Origin: Minisyncoccota bacterium
GTDB lineage: Bacteria; Patescibacteriota; Minisyncoccia; Phycocordibacterales; UBA2100
NCBI GenBank assembly: GCA_031291875.1
Contig: JARLIE010000300.1
Span: 1 to 47,551 of the forward strand
DNA length: 47,551 nt
Direction: 5' to 3'
Below are positions 46,749 through 47,551 of this stretch, piece by piece. The position numbers and the translations under genes are program-made. Position 1 is the first letter of the stretch. Each line of letters begins with the position of its first letter. Below the pieces are notes generated by a model. That model saw only the letters and a list, made by a program, of their open reading frames with translations. It was not told the DNA's origin and did not search any database.

Positions 46749-47551
46749 TTATTGCGTCGTGCGTTTAAGCAAGCCGATGGCATTTGAGACCCGACGAATT
46801 GCCGATTCTTTACCAACGATTGAAGCGATCAGAAACGGGTCCGGACTTTTGGCGCGGCCAGAAAGCGAATACCGAAGCGGCCAAAGCACGTTGCCGCGAC
46901 CCTCTGCTTCCGCGTACGGCCAAATCGCCGCTTTTATTTTTTCAGGATCGCTGCACTCGGTATCGGAGCGCGCCTGCAGAATTTCAAGGATTGCCGTGAG
47001 GTATTCAATCGCCTTGACAGGATCGCCATTTTTTTGCGGAATACTTGCTGGTTCCGATTGGGGATCGACAAAGAAGTAATCGTACTCCCCTTCCCCTACC
47101 TGCGCGTCGATGTCATCCCATAGGGAGATGCGCTCACGCAGGAGCGGTAGAAGTTTGAGACCAATAGATTCGTCCCAAACGATAGAATGCTTCTCGAGAG
47201 CCGTTCGTAATCGTTCGAGCGCCATCGCTGCGAAATCATCGTCGCGCATCTTGAGGAGGTATTCTCTGTTGAACCAGCGGAGTTTTTCGATGTCGAATAC
47301 GGCGCCGCTTTTGTGTAGGTCGGCAAGATCAAACTCGGCGATCATGTCCGCAACGGAGAGCATCTCCTTGCCGGAAGGCGGTGTCCAACCCAAGAGTGCG
47401 AGGTAATTGAGGATCGCCTGCGGCAAAATTCCCATTTCGCGATAACGTTTGACGGAAGTCTCGTGTTTGCGCTTCGACATCTTGCTTTTATCCGGCATCA
47501 GAATGAGCGGCAGGTGCGCGTACGCCGGTATCTCAAAACCGAGCGCGCGGA
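46749..47551 (-). CDS. gltX: Glutamate--tRNA ligase, 3' part (runs off the window end)
   Basis: YAHLPLI...KMSKR, G.LPQAILNYLALLGW, AVFDIEKL.WFN, WPLRYSLSG...SP. Confidence 0.95.
   Translation of the reverse strand, partial: RALGFEIPAYAHLPLILMPDKSKMSKRKHETSVKRYREMGILPQAILNYLALLGWTPPSGKEMLSVADMIAEFDLADLHKSGAVFDIEKLRWFNREYLLKMRDDDFAAMALERLRTALEKHSIVWDESIGLKLLPLLRERISLWDDIDAQVGEGEYDYFFVDPQSEPASIPQKNGDPVKAIEYLTAILEILQARSDTECSDPEKIKAAIWPYAEAEGRGNVLWPLRYSLSGRAKSPDPFLIASIVGKESAIRRVSNAIGLLKRTTQ

Overview
47.5-kb bacterial chromosome segment, translated with the standard code (TGA is used as a stop). Gene content and style suggest Patescibacteria/CPR, Parcubacteria-like; this is an inference from the compact housekeeping genes, many T/S-rich surface proteins and leaderless TGnTATACT promoters. 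Housekeeping genes lie at both ends and in the middle: leuS, cysS, corA, S41 protease, rplI, rpmA, tgt, an M23 peptidase and the 3' part of gltX. There are three accessory zones. (1) 9.6-14.9 kb: small secreted and membrane genes with hairpin-dense intergenic DNA. (2) 17.0-23.3 kb: a 5'-truncated RHS toxin with domains inserted in its repeat shell, a probable immunity gene and a serine-recombinase remnant. (3) About 36.3-44.6 kb: an AT-richer defence-like island encoding a NYN RNase, a PD-(D/E)XK protein, a wHTH-HNH nuclease, a MORC/GHKL ATPase coupled to a Rossmann methyltransferase-like protein, and a convergent SPPY DNA methyltransferase. The island also holds an unannotated ~237-nt highly structured RNA candidate with four GNRA tetraloops and a tetraloop-receptor motif. 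The ATPase/methyltransferase module and this RNA are the best candidates for an undescribed system. No tRNA, rRNA or CRISPR array was recognised. All family calls come from motif recognition by eye, not database searches.
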